A stretch of DNA of 64,000 nucleotides from the human T2T-CHM13v2.0 reference genome, Homo sapiens, in the NCBI RefSeq assembly GCF_009914755.1, contig NC_060934.1, one strand, 5' to 3'. How positions within the stretch are numbered: the stretch's first letter is position 1; each line of letters opens with the position of its first letter. The translations under genes and the position numbers were made by a program. Below the pieces are notes generated by a model that saw nothing but the letters and a program-made list of their open reading frames with translations, was not told where the DNA came from and made no database searches. This document shows, piece after piece, positions 1 through 15,305 of this stretch.

Positions 1-75
1 CCTCTCTGAGTCTGGTTACTCATGGGTAGAGGAGGGTTAATCACATCTCCCTCTTGCTGAGTTGCGAGGATTAAA

Positions 76-342
76 TACCATATGTACCACTTATATAAAG
101 CTCAAAATAGGCAAAACTAATCTATGCTGTTGGAAGCCAGGATTGTAGTTAGTCGGGATGGGGGGTGCAGGGATTTGTGGCTGGAAGGAGGTACAGGAGG
201 CTTCTAGGAACTCATGATGTTTTACTTTTTGATCTGGTGCTGGTTACATGAGTGTGTTCACTTTGAGAAAATGTGGTGAGCTGTATACTCACTGGCACAC
301 TTTTCAGAATATATGTTATACTTCAATTAAAAGTTTTAAAAA
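76..342 (+). mobile_element. L1ME-type LINE-1 3' end fragment inserted into a MIR (MIR halves ~1-75 and ~343-398)
   Basis: L1ME 3'UTR phrases 'aggcaaaactaatctatgctgttggaagccaggat' and 'ggttacatgagtgtgttcactttg', with an A-rich end. Confidence 0.8.
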
Positions 343-1313
343 GTAACATGGGAAGCACTGATTCCAGCACCTGGTGCTTTGTAGGCATTCAACAAATGCC
401 AGTGCCCTCCCTCTCCAGTCCCTGCTGGAGGAGACAAATGCAGAAAAAATCTGCCAAGTGACAAATACTCCAAGAAGCCAGGCTCACAATTTTAAGCAGT
501 GGGAAGATTCCCAGGCTGAGAGGAAACTGCACGGAGGACAGTGTGGCAGAAACAATCCCCAGCCAACAGTGAGGAGGGACTGGGGCCAGCTTCCAACAGA
601 CACAGAGGCGGAAATGGGAAAATGGGCACTGTGCAGATGTGAGTATCTGACTGTGCCAGGTGAAGATGCTGCATCTTCCAGAGTCTCTAGTACAGCAATA
701 CCGGTTCAGGTTCTGTGTCTTCCTGGAGAACAGGCACAGCACCCTGCTCTGGGACAAGACTTCCAGGTCATGGGGTAGAACTACAGGAGCAAGGATCTGG
801 GAGAGCCAGGGCTGGAGTATGGGAAATAGGCCAATGGAATAGCCTTCAGAGTAGGTCCAAATGCCTTCTCTGCCTTGTTGCAGGAAGCAATGAGGGTATG
901 TTGTAAAATAGAGAAAACAGAAATCAAAGAAGTAAAAAGAATAAAGACAGAAATAGGTAGAAATATCAAACAAAAGAGAGGTGCAGCCTGCAAAGCCCTT
1001 TGCATCTGCTACCAATGGGCCCCGGGCTTCTCACAGCCTAGGGGGACTTCGGGGAATGGTATCTTACACAATTTAGCAAGTCTATGGATAAAACAGCTTG
1101 GGAGCAGAGTGGCCTTTCCTGGGTCTAAAACCAAGCACAGAGGCCTCCTACAAGTCTTTATAAAGGGATGATCACAGGACATCGTTTCCTGCAAGGAGCT
1201 CCCTGCTATCCCCTGCCAAAAAATAGAGATGACTGTGAGAGAGAAAAGCAATACCCTCACTAGCATCCCCAGCGGGGGCCCAAGAACACTCAGCCACACC
1301 TTCCAAGTCACAT

Positions 1314-1743
1314 GAAGCTAAGTCACAGGTCAGCTAATTCTGCAAAGGATCAATTTGCTAAATTTCTTTGTTTCCTTTAACAGTTTGGTTTTAGTTGGGC
1401 AGTTTCCCATTTCCCTTCACAATAGCCTTTTAAGGACAGTCAGATTGCCCCACCCCAGCCACTTCCTGTAGGAAGACTCCAAGCTCCACCATTCCTCTGT
1501 AGGAAGAGGCTGGGGCGGGTTCACTATAGTTCAAACACCCGGAGCTGGGGCAGAGACAAATGGAACAGTTCTTAAACTGCTGTAATAAAGACAAAATGCA
1601 AACCAGTCAACTCACACCAAATAGTTAAAAGAAATAAATCAATTTGACGTATTGGTCATTTGACAAATTGGCCATTCCATGAATTGACTTTTGGGGCAAA
1701 TTGGCTTTTAGCAAAAATGGCATTTGGCAAATTGGTCTGCTTC
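1314..1743. mobile_element. Ancient palindromic non-autonomous DNA-transposon-like element (family unassigned)
   Basis: Arms ~1330-1460 and ~1543-1680 are reverse-complementary at roughly two-thirds identity by eye; ~15-16-bp subterminal repeats at 1641-1735; possible 8-bp TSD. Confidence 0.6.
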
Positions 1744-3193
1744 TGTCACAGCAATGCATTTCACAGGGCAATTACTCACATGCTCCCAGCCCGGGCTTAT
1801 GGCCTGGTACCCGATCTCAGGAGAAGTCGTTCTGCAGGGTCAGTGCCACCACCTACTACGCTGCTCTTTGCTGGACTGGCTCAAGCCAGGTGGGTTTTAG
1901 GGTATTTTGAAGAATGCACAGGCTACGCAACAGGCAGGCCACCCTTCACACGCATCACTTTTCTCAGGAAAGCTCATCCAGATTCTGAGGGGCAGACTCT
2001 TTGGGTTCTCCCGGTTGAGGACCAGGGGTGGGCCTGGGGCTGGGAAAGGCAGGATTTAATGTGGTTTGAAAAGAGAGAGAACTGAGGAGAGGAGTGACAG
2101 GGCTGGGCAAGTATAACCCAGGCTGTGCTGGGGGAAGGGGCTCTGCTCAGAGAAGTGACCAGGGCAGAGGGGCTGTGAATCCAAGCTTCTCCAGGGAGAA
2201 GCTGGGAGCCCCACCAACGTGGCAGGACAGCTAATGTCAAGACTGACGTCTGACTTGAAGTCATATCAGGAGCAGCCCACCAAGGAGGCCAGCAGAGCAC
2301 CACTGGGTCCCTGGGGCATTTCCATTCCCTCTTCCTCTGGGGAAATGGGGTCCATTTCTCTACCAAAAAGACCATGCCCCATTCTTCCACACCTCAGTCT
2401 TCTACGGGGCTGTCACACCCTGTCAGTCTTGGCCTCAGGAGTTTCTCAGAAGAAAGAAGGGGCTGGAGGGATTGGAATAGCAAGAGGTCAGCTTCCCCAG
2501 GATATCTGCAGCCCCTGAGGCCCCCTCCACATGCACAGACAGGGATGCTCAAAGGGAATAAGACCCTAACAACTTTCCAGGCAGGCAGAAACACAGAGCC
2601 CTGACTGTTAACAGGAGCAAGGAAGGTTTCCAGTTGGCTGAGGGTCATCTGCAGGTGGCCACAACAAAAGCCCAGAGGAGCTACGAGGAACCACAAGGAG
2701 TCGCTGTCTGGGGAGCTGTCCGTGGTCCTGAATCCATCCGGCGGCTCTTCCTCTGCTCAGGGCTAAAGACTCACCTTGGATCCCAGCCACCTTCAACCTG
2801 ACCCATCTGGCCCACACATCAAACCTTGTCTACTCAGCTCTTCTTTCTCCAAAGCCTACAGAGAGTCTGATCCATAACACACACCCAGAAAGACAGGATA
2901 GCTCCTCTATGAGCCTCAAGGGACCCACCCTTAGACTCCTAGGAGAGGCATGTGCTGACTGCAGTGCACATCACTAAGCTACTTCTATATGGGGTGAAGC
3001 TGAATCCTTCCCCAGTTTCCACTTCTCCAGAAGTCAGACCTCCCCGCTGCCTGCCTGAACACAGATGCAAGCACAGAGAGGTGCTGAGAGGGCATTTAGA
3101 CATAATCCAAATCTTTGCACAAAAACTGTTCACTTTACTCCTAAGACATGAATGATTGTGACTGGCTCTTGTGTGACACACGATTGTTATTAG

Positions 3194-3226
3194 TGGTGGT
3201 GGTGGTGGTGATGATAGTGGTGGTGG
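3194..3226. repeat. (GGT)n-like microsatellite at a MIR tail
   Basis: gtggtggtggtggtggtgatgatagtggtggtg. Confidence 0.85.
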
Positions 3227-3295
3227 CAACATTTATCGTGCATTTACTATGTGCCTGGCACTGTGCTAGGTATTTTATATGTGTTATATACATGA

Positions 3296-3623
<328 letters not shown>

Positions 3624-3663
3624 TCATTTAGTTCTTAAAACAACCTCATGAGACACATGCTCT

Positions 3664-3796
3664 CACCACTCTGGTGTGGGACGTTAATAGTCAGAGAGAA
3701 TGTGTGTGGGAGGGGGCAGGGAGTAAATGAAAACTCTCTGGGCTTTCTGCTCAATTTTGCTGTGAACCTGAAACTGCTCTAAAAAAAGAAAGTCTA
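3664..3796 (+). mobile_element. L1MC1/2-type 3' end fragment
   Basis: 'tcaattttgctgtgaacctgaaactgctctaaaaaaagaaagtcta'. Confidence 0.8.
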
Positions 3797-3798
3797 CT

Positions 3799-4149
<351 letters not shown>

Positions 4150-5433
4150 TGATCATGCCTATTTTCCAGATAATGTAACTGAGGCATAGTAACTTTCCCA
4201 ACCTGCCTAACTGCAGAACCCACAAGCTAACCCATTATGCTACACAGGCACAGCACATTAGAATCTTCAAACTGACGGGCAAGTGTGTGGGGAGGCTTCT
4301 GGAAGTGTATGTATGTCGGCAGTGACACTTGATGGATGAACTTGGAGGGAGGAGGTGAAAGCCTGGAAAGCAGAGTGCGATCGTGAACATTCATAATGTT
4401 GACATTGAGTCATCAAGGAAAGGTGAAATTATGTTCAGAGCCCTCTGTTTTAGAACTTAGATGCTTGTATAATAAATTCTAGACATATCCTCATCAAAAA
4501 TGGCATACGGTTCACATGTTTTCCCTGAGCGGCCGTGCTGCAGAGAGTGTGGAATGTCAGCCCCTGTCTGCGATGAACATTGCCTGGGGACTTCTTGCCT
4601 CCCAGGATTCCTATGAGTGTCTCAGGAACTGTCACTCCTTCCAAACCCCTGTAGGTTTGAAAGGCAAAGAGGCAGGCATTGGAATCTTGTGGTGAGAGGC
4701 TTCGTTCAGAAGTCCCTTACAGACATGCAGCTGCATTTGACACTGCTTCCTTGAGGTCTCCGAGAATGAAGAGTGTGGTGGGAGCAGCTTGGAGGGGGGA
4801 TCCAAGGCCATCAGCCCCTGACTTCTCACAGTCTTTGGCACACCTCTGGGCCACCACCCAGGAGCCCTCAGCAGGAGTGACACCAGGGCTCCTGGCCCCA
4901 GTCTTCATCTAGTTGTGGAAGTGACGGCCAGCTCTGCAAAACCTGAACATAGAGGGCAACTACACCTCCTGGTCTGGTGGCTGCAGCCAAATTCTGGGGG
5001 AGACAGGCAGAGGGTGGGTGGCTCTGACCACCATTGTGAATATCAGAAACTGTTCAGGGCTCAGGAGCCTTCATCTTAGCATCCAATTTGGCCCAACTCC
5101 TGCTTCTCTAGAAGGGGTGGAAATTTTCTCCAACTTCTAGAGAATAGCTCCCACAGCCATGCTCTCCCCCAGGGAAGGGTTGGTGCTGCCAGGCACCCTG
5201 CTGCCTGCCTCATTCTCTCCATCCCTAGACCAGGGGTCCCCACCTGGGCTGCAGAGCCACAAAGGCCACAGAGCTGTTGCAATATCTGGGTATCCTCATG
5301 CACCCCTAGCACTGTGTGTAGAGTGAATGAGGGTTAAACACCATGGGCTTTACCTCTGGGAGCCTTATTTTCCATATCTGTAAAATGGGAGAAAGTAACA
5401 GTCATAGCTGGTGGTTTAAGGCCCAATAAATAG

Positions 5434-6106
<673 letters not shown>

Positions 6107-6271
6107 GTTACTTTTCTTATACCTCCCATGTGGGTGCAGATGCCCTTGTGGACAAGTAAGATAGAGACTCAAAGGCACTGCTGGACTCCTAAGGTCTTCT
6201 TCAAAAACATGATGTATTTCCTTGGTCACTTCCTAACTACTGTACCCATGCTTTTTCTTCTTAGCATGTAC

Positions 6272-6570
6272 TTTTTTTTTTTTTGTTTTTGAGATGGAGT
6301 CTCGCACTGTCACCCAGGCTGGAGGACAGTGGCACAATCTTGGCTCACTGCAACCTCTGCCCCCCAGGTTCAAGTGATTCTCCTGCCTCAGCCTCCTGAG
6401 TAGCTGGGATTACAGGCGCATGCCACCACACCCAGCTAATTTTTGTATTTTTAGTAGAGATGGGATTTCACCATGTTGGTCAGGCTGGTCTGAAACTCCT
6501 GACCCCGTGATCCGCCCGCCTCAGCCTCCCAAAGTGCTGGGATTATGGGCGTGAGCCACCGTGCCCAGCC
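6272..6570 (-). mobile_element. AluS (Sg-like)
   Basis: Full dimer with 'cctgaccccgtgatccgccc'; TSD-like agcatgtac/agcacttac. Confidence 0.92.
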
Positions 6571-6799
6571 AGCACTTACCATAGTTTTAATCAATCAATT
6601 ATTTATGAAATTATGTAATTAATATCTATCTCCTTCATTTAATCTTGTGTTACAGAAGGGCAAGGGCCATGGATGTTTACTTTATGCCTAGCATGGAGGT
6701 GGGATGTCATCAATATTTGATGATTATCTTTGGGTACCAAAAAGGTCAAAACTAGCCCTTGGGAGGGGTCTGCGATGTTTTGACATTAACAAACAGGTC

Positions 6800-7999
<1,200 letters not shown>

Positions 8000-8814
8000 A
8001 GGTACCAATCCCCTTGAAGATTGACTGGACTGGATAAGTGTATGAAGCCCCCTGCCGCCACCACCCCCCAGCCCAGCCCCACACACAGCTGTCATTCCTC
8101 CAGGGGGCCTGTTCTCCAGCAAATGACAAAGGTCCCTGAACCAGGCCCAGCCTGCCTTTGTGACAGTGTTGGGTGGAAGGTCCACAGCCCCAGAAGGAAA
8201 TTCTGACCATCTCCTGCAGCCCCCTCTCACCATCCTCCGGCTTGCCTCCCTGTTCCCCCAAACAAACACTTTTCCCCGTGGTCACCAGGGCCCTCCCCCG
8301 TCTCCATCCCTGCATTTGTCACATTGCATGTCTGCAAGTCTCAAGCCTCCTGATAATAACGATGGCAGCACAGCTGTGGAGAAGGATGCATCTGCCCTCT
8401 GCCAGCTTCCTGGAGGAAGGCACGCTAATATGAGTGAAGAGCACTGCCCTGGGCCGTACCTACAAGCCAGCACAGCCATGCCATGATCCAATAGTGTGCA
8501 CACAAAGGCTCGCCTCAAAGCACGGCTCTCTGCCTGAGCCTCCTGATCACACTCTCGGCTCCTGTCCTGAGTATCTAGGGGGTAGTAACATCCCTAGATC
8601 TGATTCCAGCCTGGGGAGCCCGAGGCCTCCACTCTAAGCTTGAGCTCCAACTCAGAGTTACCAGAGCTGGGCGCTGGGGGGATGGAGTCTTGATCAGCCC
8701 AGCCAATATTTCCCATTTTCATCTTTCTTTGTTTGAGAACACAGCCAGGTTGGAGAACAAGCCAGGTAAACTAAAGCCTTGCTACCCAAAGTTTGGTAAG
8801 AAAATGTGCTGTAC

Positions 8815-8921
8815 CAGCAGTGACAGAAATGCAGAATCGCACCCAGCCCCCGAGACCTGCTGCATCAGAATCTGCCTTTAATAAGGCGATTTGTGCGTGC
8901 ATTCGAGTGGCACAGCACTGG
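8815..8921. mobile_element. MER5A (hAT-Charlie) fragment
   Basis: 'agaaatgcagaatc...cccgagacctgctgcatcagaatctgc'. Confidence 0.7.
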
Positions 8922-8928
8922 ATAAGAG

Positions 8929-9098
8929 AGTGGTTCTCAAACTCAGCTGCACACTGGAACTATCTGGGAAACTTAAAAAATACTGTTGCCTGGACCCACC
9001 CCAGAGATTCTGATTTTATTGATCAGGGAGGGAGCCTGGGCTTTGGGATTTTTCAAAGCTTCCAGGGGATTCCACAGGGCAGCCAGGGTTGAGAGCCC
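8929..9098. mobile_element. MER5A1-like (hAT-Charlie)
   Basis: Termini 'agtggttctcaaac' and 'gccagggttgagagccc'; internal 'ccccagagattctgattt'. Confidence 0.8.
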
Positions 9099-10702
9099 TC
9101 ATTCTACACGTATGATCTCTAACCCTATCTTCTCTGTCCCTCAAACCCCTCATTTTGTCCTTTCCCACCCAGTGCCCCTCTTATGGTGCCACCTCTTTCT
9201 CCACCCCTTTCTCACAGTATTTCCAATGCCCCAGGATGACTGATGCTAACTAGGTGTTGAGGATATTGGGCCTGGAAGAGTAGTTCATACTAGGTGGTGA
9301 ATGACTGACAGCCCTAATTTCTATGTGGTATGTCAGGGGGAGTTCTGGCTTAGGCTAGTCTATCATTGGTGACATCTGACCAGTCTGGGAATGTAAATGA
9401 AATGCTTTGGGCAGAGAGGGCTTTGCTGGTCGCCCTGGATTAGCTTTTTTTATACAGCTAAACGTACTATACAGGAAAGAGTTACACATGGCATGGGTGA
9501 AAGTTTGCTACTAAATTTAGACAGTTGAGCAAAGACACCTATGTGTCATCTGTGTGGATGTGCCCAAATCTCTGCATCCTGCTAACATTTTTGGTAGGAA
9601 AGAAAACAAAAGAAAGGGGAGTGAGTGAGGGGAGCACCTTCAGAAGCCAGGAACCAGGGCTGTGGGTGACAGGATCGCAGGGGCCCACGTCCATAAAGGA
9701 ATGAAGCACTGTGTCTGCCACACCTTTTGGTGACTTGGTGTCAGCATCCCCACCCAAAACCCTCCCCTCATCCTCATGAGCTGTCATGGGGAGGATCTAG
9801 AGACCAAGGGAAGAAAGAGGCTGGATCACACTTGTTTATCAGATGAGCAGTGGCCAAACAGAAGCCAGAAGCCCCGGCCACTTGCCCAGCCTGCAGGTGC
9901 ACTCCTGGGCAGCACCCTGCAAGGAGAAACTGCAGGAAAGCAATGGCTGAAGCCCTGCAGGAGCAGCAGCCAGCTCCCAGGTGCCAGTGCCACCACAGTG
10001 CAGCATCTGGGGGAAAGGCAAGGGAATCTGAGACAGAGAGAGAAAGGGAGGCAGTCCAGAGCCGGGAGACCAATGAAGAGAAAAGTGCAAAAACAGAATA
10101 CAAAAGAAACAGAAGTGAAAGAAGAAAAAAAAGACAGAGTCAGACAGGAAGACACAGGGAGAGGCCAAGCCCCCCACGACTGGGGGTGAGGCTCTGAGCT
10201 GGGAAGCCTTGGGACTTCGCTTTTTGCAGCAGTGAGGGGTGGCAGTGAGTCCCTGTCGCACCTGACAGCCAGCTAAGGTGCAAATGAAAAGAACGCAGCG
10301 TGGGGCTGCTGGGGCCCTCGGCTCCAGGGCTCTGCTACTCCGTCTCTCTGGGCTGACTGCGCAGAGAGATAATTTGCCCATGGCTGGAGGTGTCAGACTC
10401 TGAAGATGAGTGTGAAGCCTGCAGGTGACCTGCCCACGGGGATGTGTCCTGTGTGACTAATCCCAGGCAGAGGTGGGAATGGAATTCTGGCCGCTGCAGC
10501 CCTATCTGAATCAGATCCCTGTGAGGCGGTGGAAGGTGTCCTGTCCTTACTCATGGCTGGGGGAGGGAGGCTTCAGCTGGGGGAGTAGGCTGAGGGATCA
10601 AGGCCAGCAGGGACGGCCTGTCATCGTGGAGGGGTGGGGTTCACCGGGGAGGATGGCTCATGTTCTGTCTCGTACATCACAAATCCAACAAGCATTTCAC
10701 AT

Positions 10703-10920
10703 GTCAGTTAAGGGCAGAAACTCTGGAGCCAGATTGTCTGGGCTGAATCCTGGCTCTGCTTCTCACTAGCTGGGTGACTCTGAGCTTGTCCCCTAACATC
10801 TCCGTGCCTCTCTTTCTTCTTGTATAAAATGGGAATAACAAATAGTAACAGTATCTAGCTGTGGTGGGGATTCAATAAGTAAGCATGTGAAGCATTCAGC
10901 TCAGTCCCTGCTGGCACATG
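10703..10920 (+). mobile_element. MIR
   Basis: 'ctctggagccagattgtctgggctgaatcctggctctgc' plus the MIR core. Confidence 0.85.
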
Positions 10921-10999
10921 TGTCTGTCACCAGCATCCTCGCCGCTGCTGTTCATCCAGGCCCTCTCCATTCTCAGGGCCGGACCACGGGCTTAGGCAG

Positions 11000-11510
11000 A
11001 GCAGCAACCAAGGCAAGGGAGCTCCATGCTTCCATCCCAGTGGGGGAGCCAAAAACCACCCACATGATTTCAGAGATGGAGGAGTGCCGTGAAGGAAACA
11101 GAACAGGAGCAGGATGGAGAGGGAGTGGGAAGCAGGGGCCCCTGCAGCCCGCGTGGTTGGTGGGCTTCCCTGTCTGTCAAGGGAGAAACGAAGTGACAAG
11201 AAGCAAGCAGCCAAGCAGAGTCCTGGGAAGAGCGTCCCAGGCAGAGGAACCAGCAGGCACAAAGGCCGTGAGGTGGGCAAGAGCTGGAAGTGTCAGGGAA
11301 TAGAAAGAAGGTGGTGGCTAGAGCCATAGGCAGGGACTGGGTCACGGAGAGCCTCGGAGGCATGGCTGGGATGTGAGTTGGACTCAAAGTGAGTTGGAGT
11401 GTATTAGCAGGAGAGCAGCAGGGTCTGGCTGATATTTTATAAGGAGAACTGGTTTCTGGGAGGCAACTGGATTATAGGGTGTTGGGGGGGCAGTGAAAGC
11501 AAGAAGCAAC
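11000..11510 (-). mobile_element. L2 fragment
   Basis: 'gggaagagcgtcccaggcagaggaaccagcaggcacaaaggccgtgaggtggg'. Confidence 0.75.
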
Positions 11511-13029
11511 CCTCTTAACAGCCTTAAGAGGTAAAATTTTTAAGATGAGGACACTGAGCGCTGCCACAGGGTGGAAAAGGGCGGAAGAGGGTGCCACCAA
11601 CAGCTCCCTTCACTGAGTGCTTGCACCACACCAGGCTCTGCACCTTGGCGCTTTCACAGAAGAGGTGAAATTGCAAGCCCCAAGTCGTCCAGCGGGTGCT
11701 GGGCCCTGGCAGGCCCTGGCTGCTGCCTCCTAAGCCCACGCTCCATCCATGAAAGTGGCCCTCTGCTAGTGCTGAAGGGGGTGGCAAGCAAGCCCCTGGG
11801 GCAGCCCCGGTTCTCAGTATGGCGGCAGAGCACATCTGCCCCTGCCTCACTGCCCCAGGAGGGGTTTGTTCAATGTCACAGGCAGTGCTGGAGGAAAAAC
11901 TACTTTGTGATACACTTGAGATCATTCATTGACATCAGCTGAGAAGATAGCTACTCTGTTCACTCCGGTTTGATATCATTCTATCACCTATCCCCATACT
12001 GAGAATTTGCCTCTTGCAAAAGGCAAGTGCTATGGATTCAAAGCACAGATTTGATTTTTTCCATTTCACATGAACTTTGCAGCTGCATCTGAAAACCAAT
12101 TAGTGTGGATGTGCTCAGACACGCTCCATGCACCACTCCTGCCATCTTCTCCCCTGGAGAGGGGCTTCTCCTCATGTCTTTCCGTGAAGTGAGCCAGGTT
12201 CCTTAGGGGACTCACCTTTGTCTCACTATCCACTACTGATTAGGGTCTGTCCTCTGTGCAGTTACACACGAACTTGTAGATTTTTGTGTGGTAGAGTTGC
12301 AAATCATTACTGTCTGGTAGAAAAAATAACCTCAAGGTTTAGTTTATTAACCATGTCCAACATTAACCAATTTTGTATTGAACTTTGTAGTTTTATTTCA
12401 GTGTTCCCTGTCTTTCACTGATGATAAGCTCTCAGCCCCCCAAATTCTCCTTGAAACAACTTTACCATCCTGCTGGTCCCTTCATTCATGAATTAAATGT
12501 AAACTTTTGGCACATACCGCTTTATATTTGTATGACAGTCACACTTCTAGCTCTTTTACAGTCATACTTTGAACATGTTTTTATCTTCCTTTTGCAAATG
12601 AGAACACCGAGGCTGAGAGAAGTCAGGTTGCTGGCTGAAGTGCACAGAGCTCGTAGGAGCACAAACAGGGCTTGGACCCCCCTCTGTCCAATGCCAAGCC
12701 CATAGGCTAAGTGCCCTTGCAGTTCCCAAGTTGAAAAGAGCCTTAGAAATGATCTAAACAAGCTCCAGTCTTTTACAGGCCAGAACTAACTCTGAGGCCA
12801 GGAGTGGCGAGAAGTCTTGCTCACAATTCACACACTAGTAAAGGACAAAGGGCAACCTTGGCAGAAAGGAAGGTTTTCGGCTAACCATTGCCTCATCTTC
12901 TTACATTTATCTCAAGTTTTTGCTCGAACCAGGCCACCCACAAGGAGCAAGAAAGACTAGCACGCAGTGACATTTGTGAAGGCTTGCTGTCAAGGCAGCT
13001 CTGGCACAGGTCACTGCTGAGATTGTCAA

Positions 13030-13190
13030 GCAGGGTTCTGAGCTGGGGCCCCTGGAGGCTCTGAGGCCTCAAGAGTGGGCTGCCCAAGGTCTATGCAGCC
13101 CCTAAAACCATGTGCAAATTGTGCATATGTGCATGGTGCATCCGATTCCCAAAAATGTCACATATCCTGCTTTGAGAGACTGTCTCTAGA
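13030..13190. mobile_element. MER103C-like hAT fragment
   Basis: 'ggtctatgcagcccctaaaaccatgtgcaaattgtgcatatgtgcat' resembles the recalled MER103C consensus. Confidence 0.55.
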
Positions 13191-13499
13191 AGGCTCCAGT
13201 TAGAAGCAAATGAATTAACTGGGAAGAGACATGCACTCATCTCCAAGCACTTGCATAGGTTAGCCTGCTAAAGTGGGCCCAAGGATTTGTGAATATGAGA
13301 ACAATGTGATTCAAAAGTCAGCCTTTGGGGTATCTCATAGGTCAAGCACCTGAAAGCCTCAGAAGCCATAAGAACATGTGTGAGAGGCTAAGGCCCAGAG
13401 ACCTATATACCTACATGAATGCTATTTCTGGTGGCAAAAGAGCAGCCAAGGTCCAGAGGGTCTCACCCAGCACAATGGGACTCTCCCCATGAAATATCA

Positions 13500-13607
13500 C
13501 CTCCTTGAAGCAGGGATTCTTACCTACTGTGTTGCCAATTATTCCAAGCTTCTGGAAGAGAGACTGGTGTATAGTAGATGCTCAATAAATATTTCTTGAC
13601 TGGATGA
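13500..13607 (+). mobile_element. L2 3' end
   Basis: 'ctggtgtatagtagatgctcaataaatatttcttgactggatga'. Confidence 0.75.
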
Positions 13608-13684
13608 GAATTGTCTAAGAGAAAAGAAATATGCCACCAGCTGGTGATACCTATAAAATCCATGCCAAGGGCAAGACCCAAAAA

Positions 13685-13940
13685 TGATAATAAAAATAGG
13701 AGTAACCAACACCTACTGAGTCCTTTGCAATGTGCCAGGCTCCGTGCTAAGTGATCTGCATGCCTCCCCTATTTATTCCTCACAACAACTCCATGAGGCC
13801 ACTGGACTATTGTTGGCTTCATTTCACATAAGAGGAAAGTGAGGTTCAGAGAGGTTCTGTGATTTGCCTAAGGTTACACAGCTGGGAGTCCAGTCTACAA
13901 CCTGGACCAGGTCTGCCTTAATCCACATCTTAACCACTGT
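13685..13940 (-). mobile_element. MIR
   Basis: 'gaggaaagtgaggttcagagaggttctgtgatttgcctaaggttacacagct'. Confidence 0.85.
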
Positions 13941-14138
13941 ACAAAAAACTGCCCTCCCTGGATTCACTGGAGAAGCAACAGAGGGAAAACCAGAGGAAAG
14001 AGAAAAAAACTGTAAGGTGGTGTGAGAAGAGGTCAGTGCGGCAGCCAGAAGACACAACCTGTGTTGCAAAGCTCTCCAGAACAGCTTTTTTGAGACCCTG
14101 GGAGGGCAGTGGATAGGGGAAGGGGAAAAGCAGCAAGA

Positions 14139-14637
14139 TGTGGCAGAGGTTGCCAGGTGTTCCCAACCAAAATCCATTCTCCCCTTTTTCCTTCTTACAA
14201 GAACTGTGATTTGATGTGGCCACCCATGTGCCCAGATAAAAATTACATTTCCTACTTCCCTTGCATCTTGGAGTAGCCAAGGCTTAAGTAGAAGTTGCTG
14301 AACAAAAAAACTTCCAGAAAAATCTCTTTGAAGGAGGCTGACTCAGTTGGGAAAGGTGCCCTTCCTTCACTACTTTCCTTCTTCTTCCTGCCTAAAGCCC
14401 ATATGAGATGGCTGGAGCTCCAGCAGCCATCTTGAACCATGAGGTGACCTTGAGGATGGAAGATAAAGCTTAAGAATGTTGGAGCAAAAGATAGAGGGGT
14501 CCTGGGACTCTGACTCCCAGCTGACTCTGGAGCTGCCATACTGTAATGTGAGAGAAAAACTCCGATATCTTAGTTTAAGTCATCTTTTTGAAAAGTTTTT
14601 CTCTTATGTAGAGCCAAACCCAATTCCAGCGGGCACA
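14139..14637 (+). mobile_element. MLT1J-like ERVL-MaLR solo LTR
   Basis: TG...CA termini; 'gatggctggagctccagcagccatcttgaaccatgagg'. Confidence 0.85.
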
Positions 14638-15114
14638 GAAGTCACCTTTGAGGAAAGACCAGCAGAGCTAGCAGTACCCAACACTCCATCTGCAGAAACA
14701 CCGTCTTGCTAAGGCAGGTGGAGGATGTGCAGGCACCTGTGGGCCTGACCACAGCAGAGAAGCAAAGTCCTGAGATGAAGAGAATAGGGCCTCCCTCACA
14801 GCCACACTTTCCCTTAGGCTGGTGACAAGGGAGAATTAGGACACAAACAAGAAATGGCTGAAATGTGAGTGAGTGCTAAAGAAACTAGCAACAGCAAAGA
14901 TGGGCATTTTCAGAAGGTGACAAAAACCACCTAGGAAAGGGCTGACCCAGTGCTAAGACTGTCATTCACCTTCTGGAAAGGCAGCTAGGTCACCCTGCCC
15001 CCAGAGGACCTCCTGTGTCCTACGTAGAAGAAAGGCCAAGGCCAAAAAGCATGTTGACCTGTGGGAAGAATTCAAGGCAGCTAGTACCAGAGCTCGTGCT
15101 GGAACCAGAACCTC

Positions 15115-15305
15115 CAGGGCCACTGCCAGGCCATAGGGGACCTTTGTGGGAATTAGAAAAAGGCATCCCTTCTTCAAGATACTTCTATTTATTTGGAAAT
15201 TGTCTAAATAAATGTGCAAATCTACATCTATAATGAGAATGGTGTCCTTTAGAGGTGGCACCCTTGGGCAGTGCACATCCTGAGCAACTGAACACAGTGA
15301 CCCTG
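15115..15305 (-). mobile_element. MER91 (hAT-Tip100), near full length
   Basis: TIRs cagggccactg/cagtgaccctg (10/11 match); internal sequence matches the recalled MER91 consensus. Confidence 0.8.

Noticed and set aside
389-1015. 208-aa minus-strand ORF
   Set aside because: No recognisable domain. The F/L/C-rich segment comes from an A-rich tract, and the length is compatible with chance.
12300-12550. AT-rich stretch possibly from an old repeat
   Set aside because: I could not assign a family or boundaries by eye. It needs a Dfam search.
15115-15305. CTCF site contributed by MER91
   Set aside because: The position where I recall a CAGATGGCAG-like motif in the consensus has decayed here to tttccaaataaatagaag.
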